Below, piece after piece: positions 1 to 8,800 of a stretch of 64,000 nt of DNA. Origin of the DNA: a bacterium. Lineage in GTDB: Bacteria > Bacillota > Clostridia > Christensenellales > CAG-917. Where the stretch lies: the NCBI GenBank assembly GCA_963656415.1, contig CAVKIG010000001.1, positions 1,770 through 65,769 on the forward strand, given 5' to 3'. How positions within the stretch are numbered: the first letter of the stretch is position 1; the number at the start of each line of letters is the position of its first letter. A program made the translations under genes and the position numbers. Below the pieces are notes generated by a model. That model saw only the letters and a list, made by a program, of their open reading frames with translations, did not search any database and had not been told where the DNA came from.

Positions 1-241
1 GTTTGCCCTGACGCTTGAATTCTTCGCACCAAAGCGCAAGGTCGTCTTTGTCAACCAAATCGCATTTATTGAACACGTAAAGCACTTTTTTGCCCTGCAA
101 AAGTTTGTTGAAAAGGGGATTATCGCAAGAATAAACCGCTCTTGCGTCTATGACGTAAATGAGCGCGTCGACAAGACGAAGATTCTCTTCCATCATACGA
201 ATCGCTTTTGTCATATGACCGGGAAACCATTGAATATTCAC
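1..241 (-). CDS. rbgA: Ribosome biogenesis GTPase A (RbgA/YlqF), N-terminal 80 codons; the gene runs off the left edge
   Basis: Not in the ORF track because it is edge-truncated. My translation from GTG at 241 reads VNIQWFPGHMTKAIRMMEENLRLVDALIYVIDARAVYSCDNPLFNKLLQGKKVLYVFNKCDLVDKDDLALWCEEFKRQGK. QWFPGHM followed by NKxD is the YlqF/RbgA signature. AGGAGAAGG lies just upstream of the GTG. Confidence 0.8.
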   Translation of the reverse strand, partial: MNIQWFPGHMTKAIRMMEENLRLVDALIYVIDARAVYSCDNPLFNKLLQGKKVLYVFNKCDLVDKDDLALWCEEFKRQGK

Positions 242-326
242 TGTCCTTCTCCTTTTTTTTCAATAAAAATGTGCAATGGCGTATCTCACGGAAAAACGCT
301 ATTACAAAATAGTGCAATTTTATACG

Positions 327-1046
327 TTATCTGCGGCGTTTCGGCTTCTTCGTCGGCAAAAACTCATTCAAATCTAACTCACCGAATAAATCGGGACGAT
401 TTTTCATCGTGATTTCAAGAGATTTTTCAAGTCTCCACTTCTCGATGTCCTTATGATTGCCGCCTTGAAGCACTTCGGGGACTTTGTATCCCCTGTAATT
501 TTCCGGACGAGTGTAGTGCGGATATTCGAGCAACCCGTTTGAAAAACTCTCTTCTTTCGTCGATTCATCCGAGCCGAGCACACCGTCAACGTATCTTGCA
601 ACGGCGTTTATGGTCACAAGAGCGGGCAATTCGCCGCCCGTAAGCACATAATCGCCAATGGACAACTCTTCGTCTATTGCAATGTCGATGGCTCTTTGAT
701 CCACGCCTTCGTAGTCGCCGCAAAGAATGAGTATGCGTTTCTCTTTTGCAAGGCTTTCGACTTTTTTCTGGTCGAGACGCTTTCCGCGTGGGGACATATA
801 GATTCTCCACGCTTCGTGATGCGGATCGATCGTTTCGATTGCGCTGACGATGGGGTCGGGAGTCATAACCATCCCCGCGCCGCCACCATATGGCGTATCA
901 TCGGTTTTGAGATGTTTATCTTTTGAAAAATCGCGGATATTCGTGACTTGTACGTCAAACTTGCCCCCTTCGATTGCCTTGCCGAGAAGGCTCACGCGGA
1001 GCACGTCGAAATATTCGGGAAAAATCGTAAGAATGTCAAATCTCAT
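327..1046 (-). CDS. trmD: tRNA (guanine37-N1)-methyltransferase
   Basis: ORF 327..1097. MRFDILTIFPEYF N-terminus and CGDYEGVDQR motif. Start moved to the ATG at 1046, preceded by GGTGA. Lies after rimM as in Bacillus. Confidence 0.9.
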   Translation of the reverse strand: MRFDILTIFPEYFDVLRVSLLGKAIEGGKFDVQVTNIRDFSKDKHLKTDDTPYGGGAGMVMTPDPIVSAIETIDPHHEAWRIYMSPRGKRLDQKKVESLAKEKRILILCGDYEGVDQRAIDIAIDEELSIGDYVLTGGELPALVTINAVARYVDGVLGSDESTKEESFSNGLLEYPHYTRPENYRGYKVPEVLQGGNHKDIEKWRLEKSLEITMKNRPDLFGELDLNEFLPTKKPKRRR

Positions 1047-1197
1047 TTTTTCACCTTGCATACCGCCGATAAAAACGACGGATTTGTTGAAATTCATTAT
1101 ATAAAACGATATATCTCCTCAATTTGACAAACGAAGTCATATATCGTTTTATACAACAAAAATTCGGCAATCTAACGCGCCGAATCTTGATAAAGCA

Positions 1198-1701
1198 TCA
1201 ATTGTAGACGACAACTCTGTCAAAGAGAAAATCGTCGACGACGATTTTTCCGCCGTAAATATCGACCTGTTTGACAACGCCCTTTATTGCAGGAAAACTG
1301 AACGTAACGTCACCGTTTTTGACGACGTATACGTCGGCAGAACCGTATTGCAATATGTCGCTGATTCTGCCTTTCACTTCGCCGTTTACAACGACTGCAA
1401 GACCTATCATGTCCACGATGTAATGTTCTCCTTCGTCAAGTGCGGGTAAATCGTCCCTGTTGCACGTCACGAGTTTTCCGCGCAGACTTTCCGCCTTTTC
1501 GACACTGTCCACGCCGTCAAGCACGCAATAGGCAACGTTTCCTTCGATGCTAATGCGCAAAACGGTGTATTCCGTCTTGTCGATACTGAGTTTTTTAAGG
1601 TCGCAAAACCGTGCGGGATCGGAAGAATAAGTTTCAAACTTCAATTCTCCTTTGAGTCCGCGCGGTTTCAGAACCTTTCCGATAGTCAACTCAGATTTCA
1701 T
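1198..1701 (-). CDS. rimM: 16S rRNA processing protein RimM
   Basis: ORF 1198..1722. MKSELTIGKVLKPRGLKGELKF is a typical RimM N-terminus. The ATG at 1701 overlaps the upstream KH gene end. Confidence 0.85.
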   Translation of the reverse strand: MKSELTIGKVLKPRGLKGELKFETYSSDPARFCDLKKLSIDKTEYTVLRISIEGNVAYCVLDGVDSVEKAESLRGKLVTCNRDDLPALDEGEHYIVDMIGLAVVVNGEVKGRISDILQYGSADVYVVKNGDVTFSFPAIKGVVKQVDIYGGKIVVDDFLFDRVVVYN

Positions 1702-1930
1702 TTTTCTCTTCAATGACGACATTGTATTTCACGTTGCTTTTTGCACTGGCGGATTTGACGAGCGTGCGGATTGCTTTTGCAATTCTGCCCTGCTTGCCGA
1801 TAACCTTGCCGATGTCCTTTTTTGCAATCGTGACTACGATGTCGTTTGCATTGACGCCGTCTCTCATCTCGACGGTATAATCTCCGTCGGGAACGAGCGA
1901 GGAGACGAGATATTCGACCAATTCAATCAT
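1691..1930 (-). CDS. KH-domain RNA-binding protein (YlqC/UPF0109 family)
   Basis: 79 aa. The IGKVIGKQGRIAKAIRTL motif is a KH GxxG loop. Sits between rpsP and rimM as ylqC does in B. subtilis. Confidence 0.85.
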   Translation of the reverse strand: MIELVEYLVSSLVPDGDYTVEMRDGVNANDIVVTIAKKDIGKVIGKQGRIAKAIRTLVKSASAKSNVKYNVVIEEKNEI

Positions 1931-1943
1931 TTGAAGTCACCAA

Positions 1944-2192
1944 TTACTTTTTCTCGACGATGCCTTGAGAAACGAGAAGACCCATAACGGTGTCGGTGGG
2001 TTGTGCGCCTTTTGCGAGCCATTCTTTTGCTTTGTCAGCGTCGATGACGATTTGCTTGGGTTCGGAAACGGGGTTGTAGAAACCGATTTGGTCAATGTAT
2101 TTTCCGTCTCTTGCCTTGCGAGAGTCCATTGCGACGATGCGATAGAAAGGTGCTTTGGTTGCGCCCATTCTGGTGAGTCTAAGTTTAACCAT
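1944..2192 (-). CDS. rpsP: 30S ribosomal protein S16
   Basis: [41 protein letters not shown] is a canonical S16 N-terminus. Confidence 0.95.
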   Translation of the reverse strand: MVKLRLTRMGATKAPFYRIVAMDSRKARDGKYIDQIGFYNPVSEPKQIVIDADKAKEWLAKGAQPTDTVMGLLVSQGIVEKK

Positions 2193-2301
2193 AGTGTTGA
2201 TTCTCCTTGTGTGTAAAGTTGTTTTTGTTATATATTTTTGTTATATATTTCTATTTTTCGGCGTTTTTTATAATAGTTGCGCCGTTTTACTCGATGTTTT
2301 G

Positions 2302-3633
2302 TCAGAAAAGTCCTTTCAGACCGCGAAGTCCTTTAAGTCCGCCCTTCTGCATGCGAGCCATCAAATCCTTTGCCGCTTCAAACTGTTTGAGCAGTTGATT
2401 GACTTCCTGTATGCTCGTGCCGCTACCTTTTGAGATACGCTTTTTCTGCGACGCTTTGATAAGTTCGGGATTGTGTCTTTCCTTGGGCGTCATCGATTGA
2501 ATGATAGCCTTGGTTCTGGCAATTTGTTTTTCATCGATTTGAGCCCCCTGCTTCAACTTGCCCGACATGCCCGGTATCATCGACATCATATCGGATAGAT
2601 TGCCCATCTTCTTCATGCTTTCAAGTTGACTTAGATAATCTTCAAGGTCAAAGGAATTTTCTTTCAGTTTCTTTTGAAGATTTAGAGCGTCTTCCTGCGA
2701 TATTGCCTGCTCTGCCTTTTCAATGAGTGTGAGCACGTCGCCCATGCCGAGTATTCTAGACGCCATGCGCTCGGGATGGAACGGTTCGAGATCTTCCATC
2801 TTCTCGCCTGTGCCGTTGAATTTTATCGGCTTGCCCGTCACCGCCTTTATGGACAACGCCGCGCCTCCGCGAGTGTCGCCGTCAAGTTTCGTCATTATGA
2901 CGCCGGTTATATCGAGTTTTTTGTTGAACGTGTCCGCGACTGTGACTGCGTCTTGTCCCGTCATGCTGTCAACCACAAGCAAAATTTCCGTGGGATTGAC
3001 CGCTTTCTTGACGTTGACAAGTTCGTCCATAAGCGTTTCGTCGATATGCAAACGGCCTGCCGTATCGATTATCATCGTGTCGTAGCCGTTTTTGAGTGCG
3101 TATTCAACGCCCGCTTTTGCAATCTTGACGGGATCGATTTGCCCCATCTCGAAACATTCCGTACCCGCCTTGCCCGCAACGACTTTGAGTTGTTGGATTG
3201 CGGCAGGTCTATATATATCTCCTGCAACGAGCAAAACTTTTTTGTTTTGTTTTTTGAGATAGGTCGCAAGTTTTCCGCACATCGTGGTCTTGCCCGCGCC
3301 CTGCAAACCGCACATCATATAAATCGTGGGCTGTTTGTCGCTGACGGCAAGTTTCTGATGAGTGCTGCCCATAAGGGCGCAAAGCTCTTCGTTGACGATT
3401 TTAACTATTTGTTGCGCAGGCGTGAGAGATTTGAGAATGTCTTCTCCCAATGCCTTTTCACTCACTTTTGCCGTGAAGTCTTTCACGACGTTGTAGTTTA
3501 CGTCCGCTTCCAAAAGCGCAACGCGAATCTCGCGCATCGCTTGCTTTATTTCAAGTTCCGTCAATCTGCCCTTGTTGCGCAGTTTCGAGAATATGTGATT
3601 CATTCTGTCAGAAAGACTTTCAAATAATGCCAT
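2302..3633 (-). CDS. ffh: Signal recognition particle protein Ffh
   Basis: MALFESLSDRMNHIF start, GLQGAGKTT P-loop, DTAGR, and a Met-rich M domain (MGNLSDMMSMIPGM). The ATG at 3633 shares one nucleotide with the ylxM stop (TAATG). Confidence 0.95.
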   Translation of the reverse strand: MALFESLSDRMNHIFSKLRNKGRLTELEIKQAMREIRVALLEADVNYNVVKDFTAKVSEKALGEDILKSLTPAQQIVKIVNEELCALMGSTHQKLAVSDKQPTIYMMCGLQGAGKTTMCGKLATYLKKQNKKVLLVAGDIYRPAAIQQLKVVAGKAGTECFEMGQIDPVKIAKAGVEYALKNGYDTMIIDTAGRLHIDETLMDELVNVKKAVNPTEILLVVDSMTGQDAVTVADTFNKKLDITGVIMTKLDGDTRGGAALSIKAVTGKPIKFNGTGEKMEDLEPFHPERMASRILGMGDVLTLIEKAEQAISQEDALNLQKKLKENSFDLEDYLSQLESMKKMGNLSDMMSMIPGMSGKLKQGAQIDEKQIARTKAIIQSMTPKERHNPELIKASQKKRISKGSGTSIQEVNQLLKQFEAAKDLMARMQKGGLKGLRGLKGLF

Positions 3634-3956
3634 TATTCCACCAATATACGCTTGATCTCGGCCACGCAAGCCGCTTGTTTGGTCTCATCCTTGCCGATGG
3701 CAAGGGTCAAATCGTCAAGTAGACTATTGATACGCTTGTCTTTTTCAACCCAGTGCAACTTCTCTTCAAACTCCGCAAGATGCTTTTCGCCCTTGTTGAT
3801 TCCGTCGAGAACGGCTTGACGGGATACGCCGCAAATGGACGCGATTTCACCAAAAGACAAATCTTCGTCGTAATGCATCACAAGCATATCGTTTTGTCTT
3901 TGAGTCATGAGCGCACCGTAGTAGTTCCTGAGCAATGAAATTTCAAATCTGTCCAT
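3633..3956 (-). CDS. ylxM: YlxM/UPF0122 putative HTH protein of the SRP operon
   Basis: MDRFEISLLRNYYGALMTQRQNDMLVMHYDEDLSFGEIA matches the YlxM family. The ATG at 3956 has AGGTG 5 nt upstream. The predicted promoter leaves no room for the longer ORF start at 3974. Confidence 0.85.
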   Translation of the reverse strand: MDRFEISLLRNYYGALMTQRQNDMLVMHYDEDLSFGEIASICGVSRQAVLDGINKGEKHLAEFEEKLHWVEKDKRINSLLDDLTLAIGKDETKQAACVAEIKRILVE

Positions 3957-3988
3957 ATTGCACCTGTCAAACACAATTGCTTGACACT

Positions 3989-4017
3989 ATAATACTCCGA
4001 ATTAAAAAAGGTGTCAA
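3989..4017 (-). promoter_or_regulatory. Sigma-A-type promoter of ylxM-ffh (TTGACA-17-TATTAT)
   Basis: Minus strand: -35 at 4017..4012 and -10 at 3994..3989. The element is bracketed by the 9-bp inverted repeat GCTTGACAC (3979-3987) / GTGTCAAGC (4011-4019). Confidence 0.6.
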
Positions 4018-4193
4018 GCAAATTTACATTACATACGGATATATTTTATATTTTTTAACTATAAAAATATATTTTAACCAACAAACAGCAAAATTGCTCG
4101 ACTAACAAAGATACACAATGCAAAGAAACCAATATATTACGTTATCAAACAACAATGTAATACGGCGTAAAAAACAACGTTCCGACAAATTTC

Positions 4194-4220
4194 AAAAGCG
4201 AGACAAATTGTCTCGCTTTT
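4194..4220 (-). terminator. Intrinsic terminator after ftsY (bidirectional hairpin)
   Basis: AAAAGCGAGACA-AAT-TGTCTCGCTTTT. Confidence 0.7.
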
Positions 4221-4247
4221 ATATTTTAGGAAATCTAAACGGCTATT

Positions 4248-5141
4248 TTACAGCAATGCGTCGATAAATTCCTTTGCGTTGAAGGGGATCAAATCGTCGA
4301 TTTTTTCGCCAACGCCGACGTATACGACGGGAAGCCCCAACTCTTCACTGATTGCAAGCACAACGCCGCCCTTTGCCGTTCCGTCGAGTTTTGTGAGTAT
4401 GATGCCGTCAGTGTCGATGTCTTCGCTGAAAATCTGTGCCTGAGAAACAGCGTTTTGTCCTGTGGTTGCGTCAAGCACGAGATATTTGCGGAAGTCTGCA
4501 TCAGGAAGTTCTCTGTCCACCACTCGGCAAATCTTTTTGAGTTCCGCCATAAGGTTTTTCTTGTTGTGAAGTCTGCCCGCCGTGTCGATAAGCACCACAT
4601 CGTTGCCTTTTGCCTTTGCAGACGATATTGCGTCAAACACGACTGCCGCCGGATCTGCGCCTTCGCTGTGGCGAATCACGCGCACGCCTGCACGCTGTCC
4701 CCACACTTCGAGTTGCTCGCTTGCCGCCGCTCTGAAAGTGTCTGCGGCCGCAACAACGACGGACTTGCCTTCTTCTTTGAATCTGTGCGCAAGTTTGCCG
4801 ATTGCAGTCGTTTTTCCGACGCCGTTCACTCCCGAAAGCAAAATCACGAGCGGATATTCGTATTCGGGTACGTCGTAATCGATGTCTTCGACCATAAGTT
4901 CGGCAAGAACGCTCTTTGCGTCTTCTGGCTTTTTGATTTTGCGCTTGAAAATCTCGTCTTTGAGTTCTTCGATGAGATTCTCGGTTGCAGTTATGCCTAC
5001 GTCTGCGGTCAGCAACGCTTCTTCGAGATTTTCATAAAACTCGTCGTTGAGTTCGCGAGCGGAAAACGCAAAGAACAGCTTTTTTGAAAAAGCGTCTTTG
5101 GTCTTCTTTATTCCTTCTTTGATTTTTTGAAAAAATCCCAT
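4248..5141 (-). CDS. ftsY: SRP receptor FtsY
   Basis: GVNGVGKTT P-loop, DTAGRLHNK and TKLDGTAKGG motifs. Short Gram-positive type of 297 aa. Confidence 0.95.
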   Translation of the reverse strand: MGFFQKIKEGIKKTKDAFSKKLFFAFSARELNDEFYENLEEALLTADVGITATENLIEELKDEIFKRKIKKPEDAKSVLAELMVEDIDYDVPEYEYPLVILLSGVNGVGKTTAIGKLAHRFKEEGKSVVVAAADTFRAAASEQLEVWGQRAGVRVIRHSEGADPAAVVFDAISSAKAKGNDVVLIDTAGRLHNKKNLMAELKKICRVVDRELPDADFRKYLVLDATTGQNAVSQAQIFSEDIDTDGIILTKLDGTAKGGVVLAISEELGLPVVYVGVGEKIDDLIPFNAKEFIDALL

Positions 5142-5478
5142 ATTGTCATCCTTTACAAGATTTTATTGTACTTGCCATAGAAATGGCGATATTCCAACGA
5201 GCCGCCCTTATTGTCATCCTGTCAATGCAAAGCGAAGCAACTTGCTCGCAAGGGTTGCGTAGCGCATGTATTCACGTAGCAACGCCTTTGAAAAAGGCAA
5301 AACCGTAGGTTCTATGCGCCAGCATAGCAGTTGCGAGTAGTTTGTCGAAGGATCTCGTGGAAACGAAACGGCACTATATGCACGTCATTTCACATCATTC
5401 CGCTCCCGCGAGATTGCCACGCTTGCGCTCGCAATGACAACAGGGGGCTTTTGCGACAAACAGCTAGCGGAGCGAGCC

Positions 5479-5637
5479 ACCAAGCCGATAATTTGGCGAA
5501 ACTGCGACATGAGTTTTTGTCCTTGCTCGAACTGTCACAAATTCTCTGCGCGGTTAGCAGCGCAATAAACCTAGCTAGGCTCTTGGCAATGCGCATACTT
5601 GCGCGTTGCCGTTGCCGTAATGACGGCTTTTGTTCGG
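5479..5637 (+). repeat. R1 structured repeat, copy 1 (full)
   Basis: Starts ACCAAGCCGATAATTTGGCGAAACTGCG. Ends with hairpin GGCAATGCGCA-TACT-TGCGCGTTGCC, then GCCGT..ACGGC + TTTTGTT. Confidence 0.8.
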
Positions 5638-5664
5638 GTGCTGGTGTCCCGCCATTTCGAATAT

Positions 5665-5820
5665 ACCAAGCAGATAATTTGGCGAAACTGCGGCATGAGT
5701 TTTGCCCTTGCTTGAACCGATAGCGCAAATTCTCTGCGCGGTTAGCAGAGCAAAAAACTAGCTAGGCTCTCGGCGTTGCTTGCAAGCAAGCGATGCCGTT
5801 GCCTATGCGACGGTTTTTGC
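5665..5820 (+). repeat. R1 structured repeat, copy 2 (full), abutting the smc stop codon
   Basis: Starts ACCAAGCAGATAATTTGGCGAAACTGCG. Ends GGCGTTGCTTGC-AA-GCAAGCGATGCC, then CCGT..ACGG + TTTTTGC. The smc stop is at 5821. Confidence 0.8.
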
Positions 5821-8800
5821 TCATTTTGCGTGTTTAACAGCATCTTCAAACTCGATTGAAACAATCTTGGTGACGCCTTTTTCTTCCATCGTAACGCCGA
5901 AAATCGTATCTGCGTGGCGCATGGTCGGTTTTCTGTGCGTGATGACGATAAACTGCGTGTAGTCGCTGAATTTCTTCAAGAATTCGGCAAACAAGTTGAC
6001 GTTTGCATCGTCAAGAGCCGCTTCGATTTCGTCAAGCACGCAGAACGGCATCGGTTTGAGCTTGAGAATTGCAAACAATATGGATATAGCCGTAAGTGCC
6101 TGCTCTCCGCCGCTGAGAAGAGAAATGTTTTGCAATTTCTTTCCCGGGGGCTGTGCGTAGATGTCGATGCCGGCTTCGAGCGGATCATCCGTGTCTTGCA
6201 TATTGAGACGAAGCTCACCCTTGCCACCGCCGAAGAGTTGTTGGAACACTTCTTTGAAGTTCTCGCTGATTTGCGAGAACGCGTCGGTGAATTTGGTCTG
6301 CATCTCGCCGGTGAGTTCGTTTATTATCGTGACGATATCGTCATACGCTTTTTGAATGTCGTCGCGATAGGTCACTTGTTCTTGCAATCTCGCTTCCGTC
6401 TCCTGCAACGTTTGAAGTGCAAGCGGGTTGACGTCTCCGAGTCTGTTTATGGACTTTTTAAGGTCGGATATAACGGTGAGCGCGCCGTATGATTTGAATT
6501 CGGGGTCTTTGAATTCAAGGCAACTCGAATACGTCAAGTCGTATTCTTCGAGAATATGCTGTTGCTGGTTGCGGATTTCGATGTCAACCTGTTCGAGCAT
6601 ACCCTCGGCACGCACCTTGTCTTCGCCGAGTTTGCTCTTCTCTTCCGTGAGACGAGTCTTCTCCGCGTCGAGATTTTTGATGGTTTCGGTGAGAGTCTGC
6701 TTGCGCTCGGAAAACTCAGTTATTTGTTTTTCGAGAATAGCGATACGTTCTTCGTCTTCCTTTGAAAATTGCGTCTTTTCAGGTGCATTTTCGATGTTGG
6801 CAAGGTTTTGCTCTTCGCGTTTAAGGTCTGCTATGCAATCGATCTTGTCTTCTTCGAGCGATTGTTTTTCACGATTATAGCGATTGAGCTCTTGGTCGAT
6901 AGAGTCGAGATTTGCCTTGTAACCTGCAAGTTTCACTCGCATTTCGGTGACTTGCGTCATCATCGTTTCGCGCTCGCTCTTCTGTTCAGAACTCGTATTC
7001 TTTGAACTTTCGAGAAGCGAAGTGTATTCTTCTTTCCTTTCATTGACGATTTTTTCAAGTTCGTCGATTGAACTCACTTTTTCGTCCAGTTCTTTTATAC
7101 GCGCCTTGACGACTTCGTATTCCTTCGCTTTCTCCGCGATTTCCGCTTTCAGCGCTTCGGTCACTTCAAAAGCCTGTTTCGCCTTGTCTTCGTTGAGTCC
7201 GTTGTCTATGCGGAGTTCTCCGATTTCCTTGTTGAGACTTTCGATGCGCTCTTCGCAGTCTTTAAGTTCCTGCTCACGCTCTTCTTTTTGTTTGTCCAAA
7301 AGCGCGATATTGTTCTTGATTTTTTCAAGGCTGGCTTGATACTGCTCGATTTTCTTTTCCTGTGCAAGCAAACCGTTTGTTTGAGACCTTCTCGAACCAC
7401 CGGTGATTTCGCCGCCGCGCGAGAAAATTTCGCCGTCGAGAGTGACAATCTTCACCGCCTGATTGTATTTTTTGAAAATTCTTATTGCGTTGTCGATGTT
7501 GTTGACGACAACCGTAGAGCCGAGCAACGTCTGCACGAAACCGTCAAATTTCTTGTCGTATTTGATAAGGTCGCTTGCAAGCCCGTAGCAACCGGGTTCG
7601 GTCAGAATTCCGCGATGTTCGGGAGCAATCGGGCGGGGTCTGCACGACGTGAGCGGACGGAACGTAATACGCCCGTAACCTTTCTGCTTCAAATAGTTGA
7701 TAAGGTCTCTTGCGTCGTTTTCGTTTTCTACGAGCACGTTTTGCATTGCGCCGCCGAGTGCGTATTCGATTGCCGCTTCGAAGTCGCTCGGAACGGTGAT
7801 AACTTCTGCCATAACCCCCATAATTTTGCTTTCGAGCACGGGGTCGTGCTTGGAGTCTTGCATAAGGCGTTTCACCGCTTCCTGATAACCTGCATAATCG
7901 TTCTTTATGGACGTTGCGAGATTGAGATTGCCGAGTACGATTGCAAGTTTCTGGTTGAGAGCAAGTACGTCTTCGCCATAACTCTTTATCGCTTCCTGAC
8001 ACTCCATTTTGGCGGAAAGCGTCTCGTTGTATTCGCTCATAACCTGACGCATGCGCTCTTTCGTCGATTTGACATTGCCGTCGTAAATGGACAAGTTTGT
8101 GAGTTCTTCGTCAAGGCGAGCCTTTTGTTGATTTACGAGTTCGAGCAAGTTTTTGGCACGCTCGTCGTTTATTCCCTTCTCTGCGACTATGCTCGAAAGG
8201 TTTGTTTTCAATGCGCCGAGTTCTTCTATTGCGCGAACGTATTCGTTGTTGCGCGCTTCAAGGTCGGTCTCGGAGCCTGCAAGCGTGCGCGTGAGCGTGG
8301 AATACTTCGCTTCGAGCGCGTCGGCTTCCTGTTTTGCAAGCAAAAACGCCTGAAATTCGCTTTCTTTTTTCTCTTCGGCCTTTTGAATGAGTTGACCGCT
8401 GACGATAAGTTGATTGTCGATTGATTGAAGTTCGCTGTTAAGACGGGTGATTTCGCCTTGAATGTGGTTGATACGCTCTTTTAAGATTCCCGCTTGTCCT
8501 TCGATTTTTGCAGCGTCCACTTTAAGAGACAACAATTCGCCGTTTGCGTCGTCGTACACTCTGTCGATACCCGCAAGTTCACGCATGCAATCGTCGTATT
8601 TTTTGACGCATTCTGCAAGTTGCATTTCGCGGATTTTCAATTCGGTCTGTGCCTTGTCAATCTTCGCGTTTATCTTCTCTTTTATGCTTTGGTTGTTTTC
8701 GTAGTTGTAAATATAGAGATTGACTTCGTTCTTTTTGAGTTCGCTTTTAAGTTCGAAATACTTTTGAGCGGTCTCGGCCTGGCGGCGCAAAGGATTGATT

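Noticed and set aside
5331-5728. ORFs 5331-5723 (+) and 5390-5728 (-) in the ftsY-smc spacer.
   Set aside because: They are read-through translations of the tandem R1 repeats. The same peptide strings (QADNLAKLRHEF / NSCRSFAKLSAW) recur only because the DNA repeat recurs. There is no RBS.
7288-8424. Very long ORFs antisense to real genes: 7288-8424 inside smc, 10926-11894 in plsX, 13411-14424 in pta, 18348-19448, 20042-21130 and 21431-22399 in ileS, 44314-45438, 50332-51390 and 52694-53782. They could be mistaken for overlapping or novel genes.
   Set aside because: The one I checked (20042, against ileS) lies in the codon-aligned antisense frame. That frame stays open whenever the sense gene avoids TTA, CTA and TCA codons, and I assume the others follow the same pattern. 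Their translations are low-complexity (R/F/V/C-rich), lack RBSs and match no motif. The sense-strand proteins are unambiguous.
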